NCBI GenBank assembly: GCA_045803545.1
Contig: JBJMOW010000004.1
Coordinates: 928,001 to 992,000 of the forward strand
Direction: 5' to 3'
From: Gemmatimonadaceae bacterium
GTDB lineage: Bacteria; Gemmatimonadota; Gemmatimonadetes; Gemmatimonadales; Gemmatimonadaceae
Length of the DNA stretch: 64,000 bases
Made by a program: the position numbers and the translations under genes. Shown one piece after another: positions 52,781 to 62,675 of the stretch (its first letter is position 1; every line of letters begins with the position of its first letter). Below the pieces are notes generated by a model, which was not told the DNA's origin, searched no databases, and was given only the letters and a program-made list of their open reading frames with translations.

Positions 52781-53944
52781 TTACTTGAGTATGGCTTTCG
52801 CGATGGTCTGTAGCTGCATGTTGGAGGTCCCCTCGTAAATCGTTCCGATTTTCGCATCGCGGTAAAACTTTTCGACCGGATAATCCTTCGTGTATCCGTA
52901 ACCGCCGAAAAGTTCGATGCACAATGAGGTGACGCGCTCGCAGACCTGTGACGAGAAGAGCTTCGCCATCGCGCCTTCGCGCGCGATGTCCTTGCCGGCA
53001 TCCTTGAGACGCGCGGCGTTATAGACCATCAGGCGCGCTGCCTCGACCTCGGTCGCGGCCTGCGCCAGCTGGAACTGGATTGCCTGAAAGTCTGCGAGCT
53101 GTTTGCCGAATTGCTTGCGCTCCTGCACGTACGCGATCGCTGCATTCAAAGCGCCCTGGGCGATACCAATCATCTGCGCGCCAATACCGATGCGCCCACC
53201 ATTCAGCGTGTTGATCGCGATCTTGTAACCCTGACCAACCGGCCCAAGGACGTTCTCCTCGGGAACTTCACAGTTGTCGAGTAGGAGCTCAGTGGTGCTC
53301 GAGGCGCGAATGCCAAGCTTGTCTTCCTTCTTGCCAACCTTGAATCCCGCGAAATCACGCTCGATGATGAACGCCGTAATTCCGCGGTAACCCGCCGACG
53401 GATCAGAATTCGCGAACACGACGAAGATTCCCGCCTCGGCGCCATTCGTGATCCACAGCTTCTGACCGTTGAGAATCCACTTATTGCCGCGCTTCTCGGC
53501 GCGCGTGGCGAGTCCAAATGCATCCGAGCCCGACCCTGATTCGGACAGCGCATAGGCGCCGATCACGTCCGAGGTCAGCTGCGTCACGTACTTCGCTTTC
53601 TGAGTGTCAGTGCCGTACTTGAGGATCGGGAAGTTGACGAGGGTGTTCTGCACATCGCACACGATCGCCGCGGCTGCGTCGACCTTGCTGATCTCCTCGA
53701 CGGCGAGCGTCAGCATGAACAGGTTGCCGCCCGCCCCGCCGTATTGTTCGGGTGCTTCAATCCCCATCAAGCCAAGCTCGAAGTACTTCGGGAGCAGGGA
53801 TGGATCGATCTTTCCGGCTTTCTCCATTTCCATCACGCGCGGCCGCACCTCGTCCTGCGCAAAAGCGGCAATCGCGTCGCGAAACATCATCTCCTCTTCG
53901 GAGAGGACTGTTAACGCATTCACTGCCCCCGCCTCTGTCTCCAT
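52781..53944 (-). CDS. Short/branched-chain acyl-CoA dehydrogenase
   Basis: ALSE..SGSD, LNGQKLWITN, KLGIRASST, FGGYGY, IYEGTSN. Confidence 0.93.
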   Translation of the reverse strand: METEAGAVNALTVLSEEEMMFRDAIAAFAQDEVRPRVMEMEKAGKIDPSLLPKYFELGLMGIEAPEQYGGAGGNLFMLTLAVEEISKVDAAAAIVCDVQNTLVNFPILKYGTDTQKAKYVTQLTSDVIGAYALSESGSGSDAFGLATRAEKRGNKWILNGQKLWITNGAEAGIFVVFANSDPSAGYRGITAFIIERDFAGFKVGKKEDKLGIRASSTTELLLDNCEVPEENVLGPVGQGYKIAINTLNGGRIGIGAQMIGIAQGALNAAIAYVQERKQFGKQLADFQAIQFQLAQAATEVEAARLMVYNAARLKDAGKDIAREGAMAKLFSSQVCERVTSLCIELFGGYGYTKDYPVEKFYRDAKIGTIYEGTSNMQLQTIAKAILK

Positions 53945-53946
53945 TC

Positions 53947-56004
53947 CTACCAGATCCTGGGCTGCATCGCAGCCGCACGAACCATCGGATCGCCTTCCTT
54001 GCAGCCCCATGCCGCCCTGAACTCCGGCATGTTGCTGAGTGGACCGTTAACCCGCCACTTGGACGGCGGATGCGGGTTCGAGCTGACGAGATAGCGCAAG
54101 AATTCCGGACGATCCAGCTCACGCCACACCTGCGCCCACCCGAGGAAGAAGCGTTGCTCGGGGGTGAATCCGTCGATTACCGGCTGTGGATGCGCCGCCA
54201 GGGCGCGCTTCATCGCAGCATATGCGACGGTGAGCCCGCCGAAATCTCCAATGTTCTCGCCAAGGGTGAGATTGCCCTGTACGTGCGTCGCGGTGTCGAG
54301 CACGGTGTACGCGTCGAACTGCGTGACGATCTTGTTGGCTTCGGTCTCGTACTTCGCCGCGTCTTCCTTCGTCCACCAGTCGCGCATGTTGCCGAACTTG
54401 TCGTACTGGCGACCCTGGTCGTCGAAGGCGTGTGACATCTCGTGACCGATCACTGCGCCCATCGCTCCATAGTTCAGCGCGTCGTCCGCATTGGGATCGT
54501 AAAATGGTGGCTGGAGAATACCTGCCGGGAACACGATCTCATTGAGCAGCGGATTCTCATAGGCATTCACAGTGGGCGGAGTCATTCCCCACTCGGTGCG
54601 GTCGGTCGGCTTACCGATCTTCGCCCAGTCGCGCTGCGACAGGAATTGATTCGCCGCGACGACATTTGCGTAGTAGCCCCCTGGCGTGATCTGCAGCTTC
54701 GAGTAGTCGCGCCATTTGTCGGGATATCCGATCTTTCGATTGAACGCGTCGAGCTTGACCAGCGCCTGCTGCTTGGTATCCGGGCTCATCCACTGCAACT
54801 GCTCGATGCGCGAACGCAGCTCGCGGACGAGATTGTCGACAATCGTGACTGCGCGGGCCTTGGCGGCAGGAGTGAATCTTCGGGCGACGAACTCCTGGCC
54901 AAGAACCTCGCCTAGATAATTGTCAGCAGCGTTGGTGCACCGCTTCCAGCGCGGACTGATCTCCGTCGCGCCGGTGAACAGCTTGTTGAACTCGAAATCC
55001 TGTTGCACGAACGGCGTGCTCAGCGATGCCGCGGAGCCGTGGATCAGCCGCCAGCGAAGCAGCGTCTTCCAGTCGGCGAGCGGGATGCTGGTAAGCATCT
55101 TGTCGAACGCCTGGAAAAACTCCGGTTGACCGACGTTGATCTTCTGTGGTGGCGTGATCCCAAGCGCGCGATAGAAGTCTTCCCACCTGAAATCCGGGGT
55201 CAGCGAATCGACCTGCCGCAGTGTCAGCCCATGATAGTTGTTGACGACATCTCGCAGCTGAATCGGCGTCCGCGACGCTTTCGCGAACTGGGTCTCGACG
55301 GCGAGGACTGTGTTTGCTTCAGCTTTCGCCTTGGCTGGGTCGTCGCCCACCAGTCGGAACATTCCAGCGATGTTGTCGACGAACTTGGCGCGCAGATTTG
55401 TCGACGCGGTGTCGGTCTTTGAGTAGTACTCGTTGTTGGGCAGCGACAATCCGCCCTGGTACAAACCGGCGATGGTGTTTGCAGCGTCTTTAGCGTCCTG
55501 AGCCGAGCCTTCGGAGATTGGCGCCAGCCCATAACTGTGCTCGAGCTCTCCGAGCGCTCGTTTCAGGTCGTCAACGCTATTGATCGCAGCAATGCGAGCG
55601 AAGCCGGGTTTAAGCGGCGTTGCGCCTAGTCGCTCGATGGCGACGGTGTCCATGCAGCTCGAATAGAAGGCGGCCATCTTGTAGTTGTCGGTCGCCGGCT
55701 TGTACTGGCCGGCCTTCAACCTGACAACGCTGGTATCGAGAATCTCCCGCAACAGCGCCTGGTTCTGATCGAACAGCTGATCGAACGCTCCGTAACTCGA
55801 ATAATCTCCGGGGATCTTCGCGGTCTGCAGCCAGCCACCGTTGGCATAAGAGTAAAAGTCTTCGCACGGACCGCACGTGGTATCCATGTTCGCGCGATCG
55901 AACGGTTTGGTTTGCACGGGTGCCTGCGCGCCCAAAACACTCGCAAACGCCAGCGCAAGAAACAGTGGGTGGGCCAGGGTTCGACGAGAGCAAATCACCG
56001 ACAT
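53947..56004 (-). CDS. M13 family metalloendopeptidase
   Basis: PCEDFYSYANG.W, KIGYPD, VNAY, GHEMSHAFDD, GENIGD; GGAGG RBS before ATG 56004. Confidence 0.94.
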   Translation of the reverse strand: MSVICSRRTLAHPLFLALAFASVLGAQAPVQTKPFDRANMDTTCGPCEDFYSYANGGWLQTAKIPGDYSSYGAFDQLFDQNQALLREILDTSVVRLKAGQYKPATDNYKMAAFYSSCMDTVAIERLGATPLKPGFARIAAINSVDDLKRALGELEHSYGLAPISEGSAQDAKDAANTIAGLYQGGLSLPNNEYYSKTDTASTNLRAKFVDNIAGMFRLVGDDPAKAKAEANTVLAVETQFAKASRTPIQLRDVVNNYHGLTLRQVDSLTPDFRWEDFYRALGITPPQKINVGQPEFFQAFDKMLTSIPLADWKTLLRWRLIHGSAASLSTPFVQQDFEFNKLFTGATEISPRWKRCTNAADNYLGEVLGQEFVARRFTPAAKARAVTIVDNLVRELRSRIEQLQWMSPDTKQQALVKLDAFNRKIGYPDKWRDYSKLQITPGGYYANVVAANQFLSQRDWAKIGKPTDRTEWGMTPPTVNAYENPLLNEIVFPAGILQPPFYDPNADDALNYGAMGAVIGHEMSHAFDDQGRQYDKFGNMRDWWTKEDAAKYETEANKIVTQFDAYTVLDTATHVQGNLTLGENIGDFGGLTVAYAAMKRALAAHPQPVIDGFTPEQRFFLGWAQVWRELDRPEFLRYLVSSNPHPPSKWRVNGPLSNMPEFRAAWGCKEGDPMVRAAAMQPRIW

Positions 56005-56012
56005 CCTCCTTT

Positions 56013-56504
56013 TTATGTAGCGGTTTGTCGCGATGTTGCGGTCTGACGCGCCGTCTTGGCGCGGCATGCGTCACCGCAGAGTGTCTCGGAGCAATCTGGA
56101 TCCCAGCAGCGGTCCGCCTCGGCTCCGACAAAGGCCTTGATCGGTTCGATGCCGGCGCGCTCCAGAATCAACTCTCCGAGCTTTTCGTGGACGCCGAAGG
56201 CAGGCGTCACGCTGAATGTCACGTGAGGGAAGGGTCGCGCGGCAGCGGCCACCATCTGCGGAATATCGGTGGTGGAATGGCGACCCGGCGACAGCATGTA
56301 CGGGAAAACGATCACATCGTCTGCCCCGCGAGTCACGCAGTCTGCAAAACCTGCGTTGATATCGGGATCGGCAAGATCCATATGGGCGAAGCTGACAACG
56401 ACGTCGGAACCAGTCATCGTCTGCAGCAGGTTGGCCATGCACCGCATCATGCCGTTCGCCTCGGCGCGAACCGAGCCGTGATCGACGATGAGAATTCCTT
56501 TCAT
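56013..56504 (-). CDS. Short CbiX/SirB-type chelatase with Cys-rich tail
   Basis: IVDHGS, AHMDLA.P, PYML.PGRH...DIP. Confidence 0.82.
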   Translation of the reverse strand: MKGILIVDHGSVRAEANGMMRCMANLLQTMTGSDVVVSFAHMDLADPDINAGFADCVTRGADDVIVFPYMLSPGRHSTTDIPQMVAAAARPFPHVTFSVTPAFGVHEKLGELILERAGIEPIKAFVGAEADRCWDPDCSETLCGDACRAKTARQTATSRQTAT

Positions 56505-56536
56505 CTTTGCAAAATGGCGGTCAACACGCTGCGAGA

Positions 56537-57082
56537 CTAGTGCGGAGCTTCGTCCAGGCTGGTGCCGCGATGCCAGGTAGGTACGGCAAGGCCGCCCGCG
56601 TCCTCGTAAAAATGGATCTTGTTGGGCGCGTACATTTTGGTGAGGAAAATGATCTGCCCAGTGTGCATCGCGAAATGCTCCACGACGTGATAAACAGCGG
56701 CGAGGACCGTCGTTTCGCGATCCTGAATCACCAAGGGTCGTTCAAGATCTCGGGGCGTTAGCTGCGCCAGGACTGAGTCAGCTTCACGTAAGATTTGTTC
56801 GAGACCGTCCAGTAGTGTGCGCGCGTCGGCACCCTCCTGCTGGGCGAATTCTGACGCACGATGCCGGTGGTATTGCCGCCCGCCCACGCCGCCGAGGATC
56901 CACTCGGTGACATTCCCCGTGAGGTGCACCAGCAGATTGCCGATGCTGTTGCAACCGTCATCCGGACGAGTCCACACTGCCTGCCGCGGCAGCGCCTCGA
57001 CACAATGCCGAAGCTTGATCGGGTATTCCTTGGCCAGCCAGTATCTGGACCGAGCGATGAAATCGTCGGCGATCGACATCAC
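56537..57082 (-). CDS. DinB-family protein
   Basis: NSIGNLLVHL.GN, R..EF, HVVEHFAMHTGQI. Confidence 0.85.
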   Translation of the reverse strand: MMSIADDFIARSRYWLAKEYPIKLRHCVEALPRQAVWTRPDDGCNSIGNLLVHLTGNVTEWILGGVGGRQYHRHRASEFAQQEGADARTLLDGLEQILREADSVLAQLTPRDLERPLVIQDRETTVLAAVYHVVEHFAMHTGQIIFLTKMYAPNKIHFYEDAGGLAVPTWHRGTSLDEAPH

Positions 57083-58974
57083 GCCGTCTTCGCCTCGGTG
57101 GCAGCCAGGGTATCACGGAAGACATCGAGCGCGAGCTCCACTTTTCCAAATGGCGCCGACACCTGCACACCCTGGACATGCGGTCGCACGCGTTCGAGCA
57201 TCTCGCGAGCAATGGCGATTCCTTCGGCGACGCCGTGCTCCTTCGACTTCGCGCTTGCAGCCCGCATGCGCTCGATGATCTTCGGTGGCACGACGACGCC
57301 GGGGACTTCGTTGGCGAGGAACTCGGCGTTGCGCAAAGAGACGAGCGGCCAAATGCCGGCCACGATCGGAATCCGCACGTGGTCGATCGTGGAAAGGAAT
57401 TTGTCCAGCTGATTCACGTCAAACACCGGCTGTGTAATGGCGTATTCGGCGCCCGCTTCGACCTTCCACTCAAACCTCTTTAGTTCATGAGCGGGATCGA
57501 TCGCCGCCGGATTCACGCCGACGCCGATGGTGAACTTCGTCGGCTGGCCAATCGCGTTGGCGCCGGGATCGAGGCCGTGATTCAGGTTGCTCACCAGATT
57601 GGTGAGTCCGATCGCATCGATGTCGAAAACGGCGGTCGCATTAGGATACGGACCCATTTTCGGCGGATCGCCCGTGATCAGTAGCAAGTTGCGGAGGCCG
57701 ACCGCCGACGCTCCCAACAAATCGCTTAACATCCCCAGCAGATTGCGATCGCGACAGCAGTAATGGATGACAGTCTCGATTCCGACCTGCTGCTCGATGA
57801 GAATGCTGCAGAGGAGTGCACCCATCCGCGACTGAGCGCGCGGGCCGTCAGGGACGTTGACCGCGTCGACGCCTGCATCACGCAATGCAGCGGTGTCGCG
57901 AATCATCTTTGCCGCATCGACACCGCGCGGTGGAACGATCTCGACAGAGGTTACGAACTCTCCAGTGGCGATCTTGCGCCCCCACTTCGAACGCTCCGCG
58001 AGTGGCACGGGCTGGACCCCCGGATTCTCCGGCGGCACATCGGGATGACTCTGCCGCCTCTCCTTCATCGGCACGCGCGCCTGGCGTGGCGAAAGGGGAC
58101 GCACTCCCTCTACCATCGCCGCGATGTGCTCCGGCGTTGTTCCGCAGCAGCCCCCGACGATCTTGGCACCGGCCTGGACCAGGTGATGGGCATAGGTGGC
58201 CATGTACTCGGGGCTCGCCATGTACATGCTGCGACCGCTTACGTCGCGTGGCATGCCTGCGTTCGGCTGAGCAGATAATTTCCGCCGCGTAACCTGCGCC
58301 ATCTTTTCGATCGCATCGAGAATGATCTGCGGACCGACGGAGCAGTTGAGGCCGATGACGTCGGCGCCGAATGCGTCGAGCGTTTGCGCGAGATCTTCGG
58401 GCGTTACTCCATACGGAGTGTGACAATCAGAACCGATCGTCATCTGTGCGATGACAGGTATAGTCGCATCGACTTCGCGTGCGGCGAGAATCGCCTGCTC
58501 GACTTCGTGGATATCAGCGAAGGTCTCTAGGAGGAATAAATCGCAGCCCCCGTCCTTGAGCGCCTGCAACTGTTCACGGAATGCGGCGCGCGCCTCATCG
58601 AGACTGGTCGGACCAAAAGGCTCGATGCGAAGACCGAGCGGACCGACGGCGCCCGCCACAAGCAGCTCACCGTCCGCAACTTCGCGCGCCAGCTTTGCGG
58701 CAGCGCGATTGATCTCCGCCACCTGCGCGACGAGTCCGTATTGCTCGAGCTTGAAGCGATTGGCGCCGAAGCTATTGGTCTCCAGCACCTCGGCTCCCGC
58801 TTTCTTGTACGCCTTGTGGACGTCGCGCACGAGATCCGGCGCCCTAAGGTTAAGCTCGTCGTAGCACTGATTGATGAAGACGCCCTTGTTGTACAGCATC
58901 GTCCCCATCGCGCCGTCGAAGACGACGACCTGAAGCGGATCGAGAAGTCGCGACAGCAGCGGATTGTCAGGCAA
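57079..58974 (-). CDS. yitJ: Bifunctional homocysteine S-methyltransferase / methylenetetrahydrofolate reductase
   Basis: FDGAMGT, GLNC, GGCCGTTP, then MTHFR motifs CRDRN, ITGDP, ITQPVFD; TTG 58974 has GGAGG RBS. Confidence 0.9.
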   Translation of the reverse strand: MPDNPLLSRLLDPLQVVVFDGAMGTMLYNKGVFINQCYDELNLRAPDLVRDVHKAYKKAGAEVLETNSFGANRFKLEQYGLVAQVAEINRAAAKLAREVADGELLVAGAVGPLGLRIEPFGPTSLDEARAAFREQLQALKDGGCDLFLLETFADIHEVEQAILAAREVDATIPVIAQMTIGSDCHTPYGVTPEDLAQTLDAFGADVIGLNCSVGPQIILDAIEKMAQVTRRKLSAQPNAGMPRDVSGRSMYMASPEYMATYAHHLVQAGAKIVGGCCGTTPEHIAAMVEGVRPLSPRQARVPMKERRQSHPDVPPENPGVQPVPLAERSKWGRKIATGEFVTSVEIVPPRGVDAAKMIRDTAALRDAGVDAVNVPDGPRAQSRMGALLCSILIEQQVGIETVIHYCCRDRNLLGMLSDLLGASAVGLRNLLLITGDPPKMGPYPNATAVFDIDAIGLTNLVSNLNHGLDPGANAIGQPTKFTIGVGVNPAAIDPAHELKRFEWKVEAGAEYAITQPVFDVNQLDKFLSTIDHVRIPIVAGIWPLVSLRNAEFLANEVPGVVVPPKIIERMRAASAKSKEHGVAEGIAIAREMLERVRPHVQGVQVSAPFGKVELALDVFRDTLAATEAKTA

Positions 58975-61900
58975 CGGCGGCCTCCGGCGCGCCGGCTTGC
59001 GCACCCGTGCCGCGCACGGCGTAGTACTTCGCCTCTGGATGGTGCATGATCACTGCGGCGGTCGATTGTTCGGGCAGCAGCTGGAACGCTTCGGTGAGAT
59101 CCATGCCGAGCGCTTCTTTTGCGGGAAGCAGTTTGAACACGACGGTGTGATCGTCGAGATCGGGGCATGCGCCGTAGCCCCACGAGTATCTCTTCCCACT
59201 ATCTACGCCCAACTCTTTCTTGATGCGTCGATGCGCCCACTCGGCGACCGCTTCCGCCGATTCGACCGAGAGTCCGTGCGAGTAGAACGCTTCGGTGTAT
59301 TCGTTCCTGCCCTGGAGTTCGTCGAACCGCTTCGTCGCTTCGTCGCCGACGGTGACGACCTGCAGCGGTACGACGTCTACATCACCTGAATCCACGCTAC
59401 GCACATAGTCGGCGAGACAAAGCCGCTCGCGACCGACCATTCGCGGGAAGTGAAATCGCGCGATCTCGCGCAGCGAGCCGCCGTCGCTCGAGTATGCAGC
59501 CGGATCATAGATGATTACGTCGTTGCCCTTGGATTGGGCAGGGAAGTAGCCGTAGACGACTTGCGGTTTGATCCAACCGTTCTGCTTCGCATTTTTCTTG
59601 AGACGCTCGAGCGCGGGCTCGAACTCTTTCTTTACGGTTTGTTTGTAGGCATCGCCTGAGCCGCGCGCGCCCCACTGCAGGCGATATAGCTCGTCGAGAT
59701 CCAGCAGGTCGAATACTTCGTCGAGCGGAATGTCACGAATGACGCGGGTGCCCCAGAATGGCGGCTTAGGAACAGGATTGTTTGCCGCGACGTCGCTGCG
59801 CTCGCCACCTGCCTCGCCGACCGCGATGTCTTTGCCGACAGCAGTCTTCAGGAAAACGTCGTTGCGGGCGTCTTCGAGATTCTTGATCACGAATTCTTTG
59901 CGCTGCTTCGGATCCTGGAGCACGTCCATCGTCTCCAGTCCCTCGAAGGCATCCTTGCAGTAGAAGACGCCGGAACCGTAGTGTCGATCGCCGTCGACGA
60001 ACAGCGCCCGGCGGCCGAACCGACGATTGATTGCCGCGCCGCCGATCAACACGGGAATCTTCATCCCGCGCTTGTCGAGCTCCTGAACGCATAGCGGCAT
60101 CTGCTTCGACGTCGACACCAGCAGCGCACTCAATCCAATCGCATCAGCGCCAACTTCAACCGCCTTGTCCAGAATCGTGTTGACCGGAACTTGCTTGCCG
60201 AGGTCGTAGACGGTGTAGCCGTTGTTGGAGAGAATGGTGTTGACGAGCGATTTGCCGATGTCATGCACGTCGCCGTAGACCGTCGCGAGGACGACTTTGC
60301 CCTTGGTGAATCCCTCGGCCTTCTCGAGGAACTGCTCGAGATGTTTGACCGCCTTTTTCATTACTTCAGCGGACTGCAGAACGAAGGGGAGAATCAGCTC
60401 GCCAGCGCCGAACTTATCGCCGACTTCTTTCATCGCTGGCAGCAAGACATCGTTGAGCACCCGCACCGGATTCTCGCGCACGCCGGCGGTATCGAGCTGC
60501 TCTTCGATTCCTTCTTTCTTGCGGTGGAGGATCATCCAGTGGATGCGCTGATCCGACGTCATGCCCGCGGTCGGATCCTCTTTCTCGTTTTGCGTCGCCG
60601 CTGCGCCTGGTCCGGCCGCCGCGTAATGTTCGATGAAACGCTGAAGCGCGTCCGCCCGCTTGTTGAACACAAGATCATCGGCAAGCTCGCGCTCCGCCTG
60701 TGATATCTCGGCATAGGGCCGGATGTGCGCGGGATTGACGATCGCCGCGTCGAGCCCAGCCTGCACGCAATGGTGCAGGAACACCGAGTTGAGAACGCCC
60801 CGAGCATCCGGCGACAGACCAAAGCTGACGTTGGACACGCCAAGGATGGTCGATACGCCCGGGAGCTCGCGCTTTATGAGTCGAATGCCCTCGATCGTCT
60901 CTTTGCCCGACTCGATCCACTCCGCATCACCGGTCGCCAGCGTGAAGGTGAGCGCATCGTAGATGATATCCTCGGGTGCGAGGCCGTACTCATCGACAAC
61001 GATGTCGTAAATCTTTCTGGCGACCTCGAGCTTTCGCTCGCGGGTCTTTGCCATGCCGATCTCGTCGATGGTGAGCGCAATCACGGCTGCGCCGTGCTTT
61101 TTCACCAACGGCACCACAGCATCGATGCGCTTGCGGCCATTCTCCATATTGATGGAGTTCACGATTCCACGGCCGGGAATGTGCTCGAGCGCTTTCTCGA
61201 TGACGTTGGCTTCGGTCGAGTCGATGACGAGCGGCGTCTCAACGCTCATCGACAACAGCTTGACGACCTTCGACATCTGCTCGGCTTCGTCCGCGCGCTC
61301 GGTGAGCGCCACACAGACGTCGAGGACGTGCGCGCCCGAATCGACCTGATCGCGCGCCACCTCGAGAATGCCCTCGTAGTCGTCCGCGAGCAGGAGGCGC
61401 TTCACCTTGCGAGACCCCTGCGAATTGACGCGCTCCCCGACCAGAAGCGGCGGCGGATCCTGATGCAATGTGATCGCGCGCATCGCCGAGCTGACGCGTG
61501 GAACGTGACTCGGATGTTGAGGCTTCGATTCGGGCTCGGCTTTTCGAACCGCCTTGACGATCGCCGACAGGTGCTCGGGCGTCGTCCCACAACAGCCGCC
61601 CACGATACGAACACCGAAGTCGCGCACGAATTCCGAGAGCGCGGCCGCCATTGGTGCCGGCTCGAGCGGATAAACAGCTTCGCCGACGCCAGTGTTGAGC
61701 GGCAATCCCGCATTCGGAATTACCGAGAGCGGCAGAGTGGCATGCTCCGAGAGATAGCGAATTGGCTCGCGCATGTGCTCGGGACCAGTCGAGCAATTCA
61801 GTCCGATGACATCGACGTTGAGCGCCTCGAGTGTCGTCATCGCGCTGGCGATGTCGGTGCCGAGCAGCATGCGGCCGCTGACGTCGAGCGTGACCTGCGC

Positions 61901-62497
61901 CTGGATCGGAACGCGACGCCCGATTTCCGCGAACAGCTGCTCGATGCCGGCGACTGCAGCTTTTACTTCGAGGATGTCCTGCGAGGTCTCGATCAGAAGA
62001 ACGTCGACGCCGCCTTCGACGAGATACTTCGCCTGCTCGTAGTAATTCGCCGCGAGCTCTTCGTAGGTGATTTTGGATAGGGCCGGATCGGAGCTGGAAG
62101 GCAGCATTCCGGTTGGTCCCATCGATGCAGCGACGAACCGCGGTTTATCCGGCGTTGAGAATTTGTCCGCCGCCGCTCGCGCGAGCCGCGCCGCCGCGAT
62201 GTTGACCTCGCGCACTTTGTCGCCCAATCCCCATTCGTGCAACCGGCGCGGAGTCGACTGGAATGTGCAGGTCTCCACGACGTCGCAACCGACTTTCAGG
62301 AAGGATTCATGGATTTCCTGAATGACATCAGGCCGGGTGAGGACGAGGTGATCGTTGCACCCTTCGAGCGCTTTGCCTCCGAAATCTTCGGCGGTCAAGT
62401 GATAGCGCTGGATGTTCGTCCCCATCGCGCCGTCATAAACGAGGACGCGGCGATTCAGTTCTTCGAGGTAGCGAGAATCAATCTTTCGTTCAGCCAT
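58967..62497 (-). CDS. metH: Cobalamin-dependent methionine synthase
   Basis: DGAMGT, GLNC, GGCCGT, GERVN, GDVHDIGK B12 motif, RYSWGYGACP; ATG 62497 with GGGAG RBS. Confidence 0.96.
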   Translation of the reverse strand: MAERKIDSRYLEELNRRVLVYDGAMGTNIQRYHLTAEDFGGKALEGCNDHLVLTRPDVIQEIHESFLKVGCDVVETCTFQSTPRRLHEWGLGDKVREVNIAAARLARAAADKFSTPDKPRFVAASMGPTGMLPSSSDPALSKITYEELAANYYEQAKYLVEGGVDVLLIETSQDILEVKAAVAGIEQLFAEIGRRVPIQAQVTLDVSGRMLLGTDIASAMTTLEALNVDVIGLNCSTGPEHMREPIRYLSEHATLPLSVIPNAGLPLNTGVGEAVYPLEPAPMAAALSEFVRDFGVRIVGGCCGTTPEHLSAIVKAVRKAEPESKPQHPSHVPRVSSAMRAITLHQDPPPLLVGERVNSQGSRKVKRLLLADDYEGILEVARDQVDSGAHVLDVCVALTERADEAEQMSKVVKLLSMSVETPLVIDSTEANVIEKALEHIPGRGIVNSINMENGRKRIDAVVPLVKKHGAAVIALTIDEIGMAKTRERKLEVARKIYDIVVDEYGLAPEDIIYDALTFTLATGDAEWIESGKETIEGIRLIKRELPGVSTILGVSNVSFGLSPDARGVLNSVFLHHCVQAGLDAAIVNPAHIRPYAEISQAERELADDLVFNKRADALQRFIEHYAAAGPGAAATQNEKEDPTAGMTSDQRIHWMILHRKKEGIEEQLDTAGVRENPVRVLNDVLLPAMKEVGDKFGAGELILPFVLQSAEVMKKAVKHLEQFLEKAEGFTKGKVVLATVYGDVHDIGKSLVNTILSNNGYTVYDLGKQVPVNTILDKAVEVGADAIGLSALLVSTSKQMPLCVQELDKRGMKIPVLIGGAAINRRFGRRALFVDGDRHYGSGVFYCKDAFEGLETMDVLQDPKQRKEFVIKNLEDARNDVFLKTAVGKDIAVGEAGGERSDVAANNPVPKPPFWGTRVIRDIPLDEVFDLLDLDELYRLQWGARGSGDAYKQTVKKEFEPALERLKKNAKQNGWIKPQVVYGYFPAQSKGNDVIIYDPAAYSSDGGSLREIARFHFPRMVGRERLCLADYVRSVDSGDVDVVPLQVVTVGDEATKRFDELQGRNEYTEAFYSHGLSVESAEAVAEWAHRRIKKELGVDSGKRYSWGYGACPDLDDHTVVFKLLPAKEALGMDLTEAFQLLPEQSTAAVIMHHPEAKYYAVRGTGAQAGAPEAAVA

Positions 62498-62532
62498 CGG
62501 TTCCCAGCTCCCGCTCTTAACTGAGCGGTAAC

Positions 62533-62559
62533 AAAAAAGCCCGCGCATAGGCGCCGGGC
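62533..62559 (-). terminator. Intrinsic terminator in the metH leader
   Basis: Minus strand GCCCGGCGC-CTAT-GCGCGGGC-TTTTTT. Confidence 0.8.
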
Positions 62560-62564
62560 CAGCG

Positions 62565-62612
62565 CTTTAGCGGATTGTTTAACGTGGCCGCAAGTTGCTT
62601 TAAATCGCCACG
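62565..62612 (-). ncRNA. SAM-II (SAM-alpha-like) riboswitch aptamer
   Basis: CGTGGCGATTTaaagcaacTTGCGGCCACGttAAACAATCCGCTAAAG: P1 CGTGGC/GCCACG plus GATTT, TTGC and GCTAAA elements; upstream of metH. Confidence 0.8.
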
Positions 62613-62634
62613 ATTTCGATTAACACCCTTCGCT

Positions 62635-62663
62635 ATTGTAGTGAGGAGATCGGCGCTCGGCAA
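62635..62663 (-). promoter_or_regulatory. Sigma70 promoter TTGCCG-N17-TACAAT for the met operon
   Basis: Near-consensus boxes about 22 nt upstream of the aptamer. Confidence 0.7.
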
Positions 62664-62675
62664 GTTCTTGATGCG

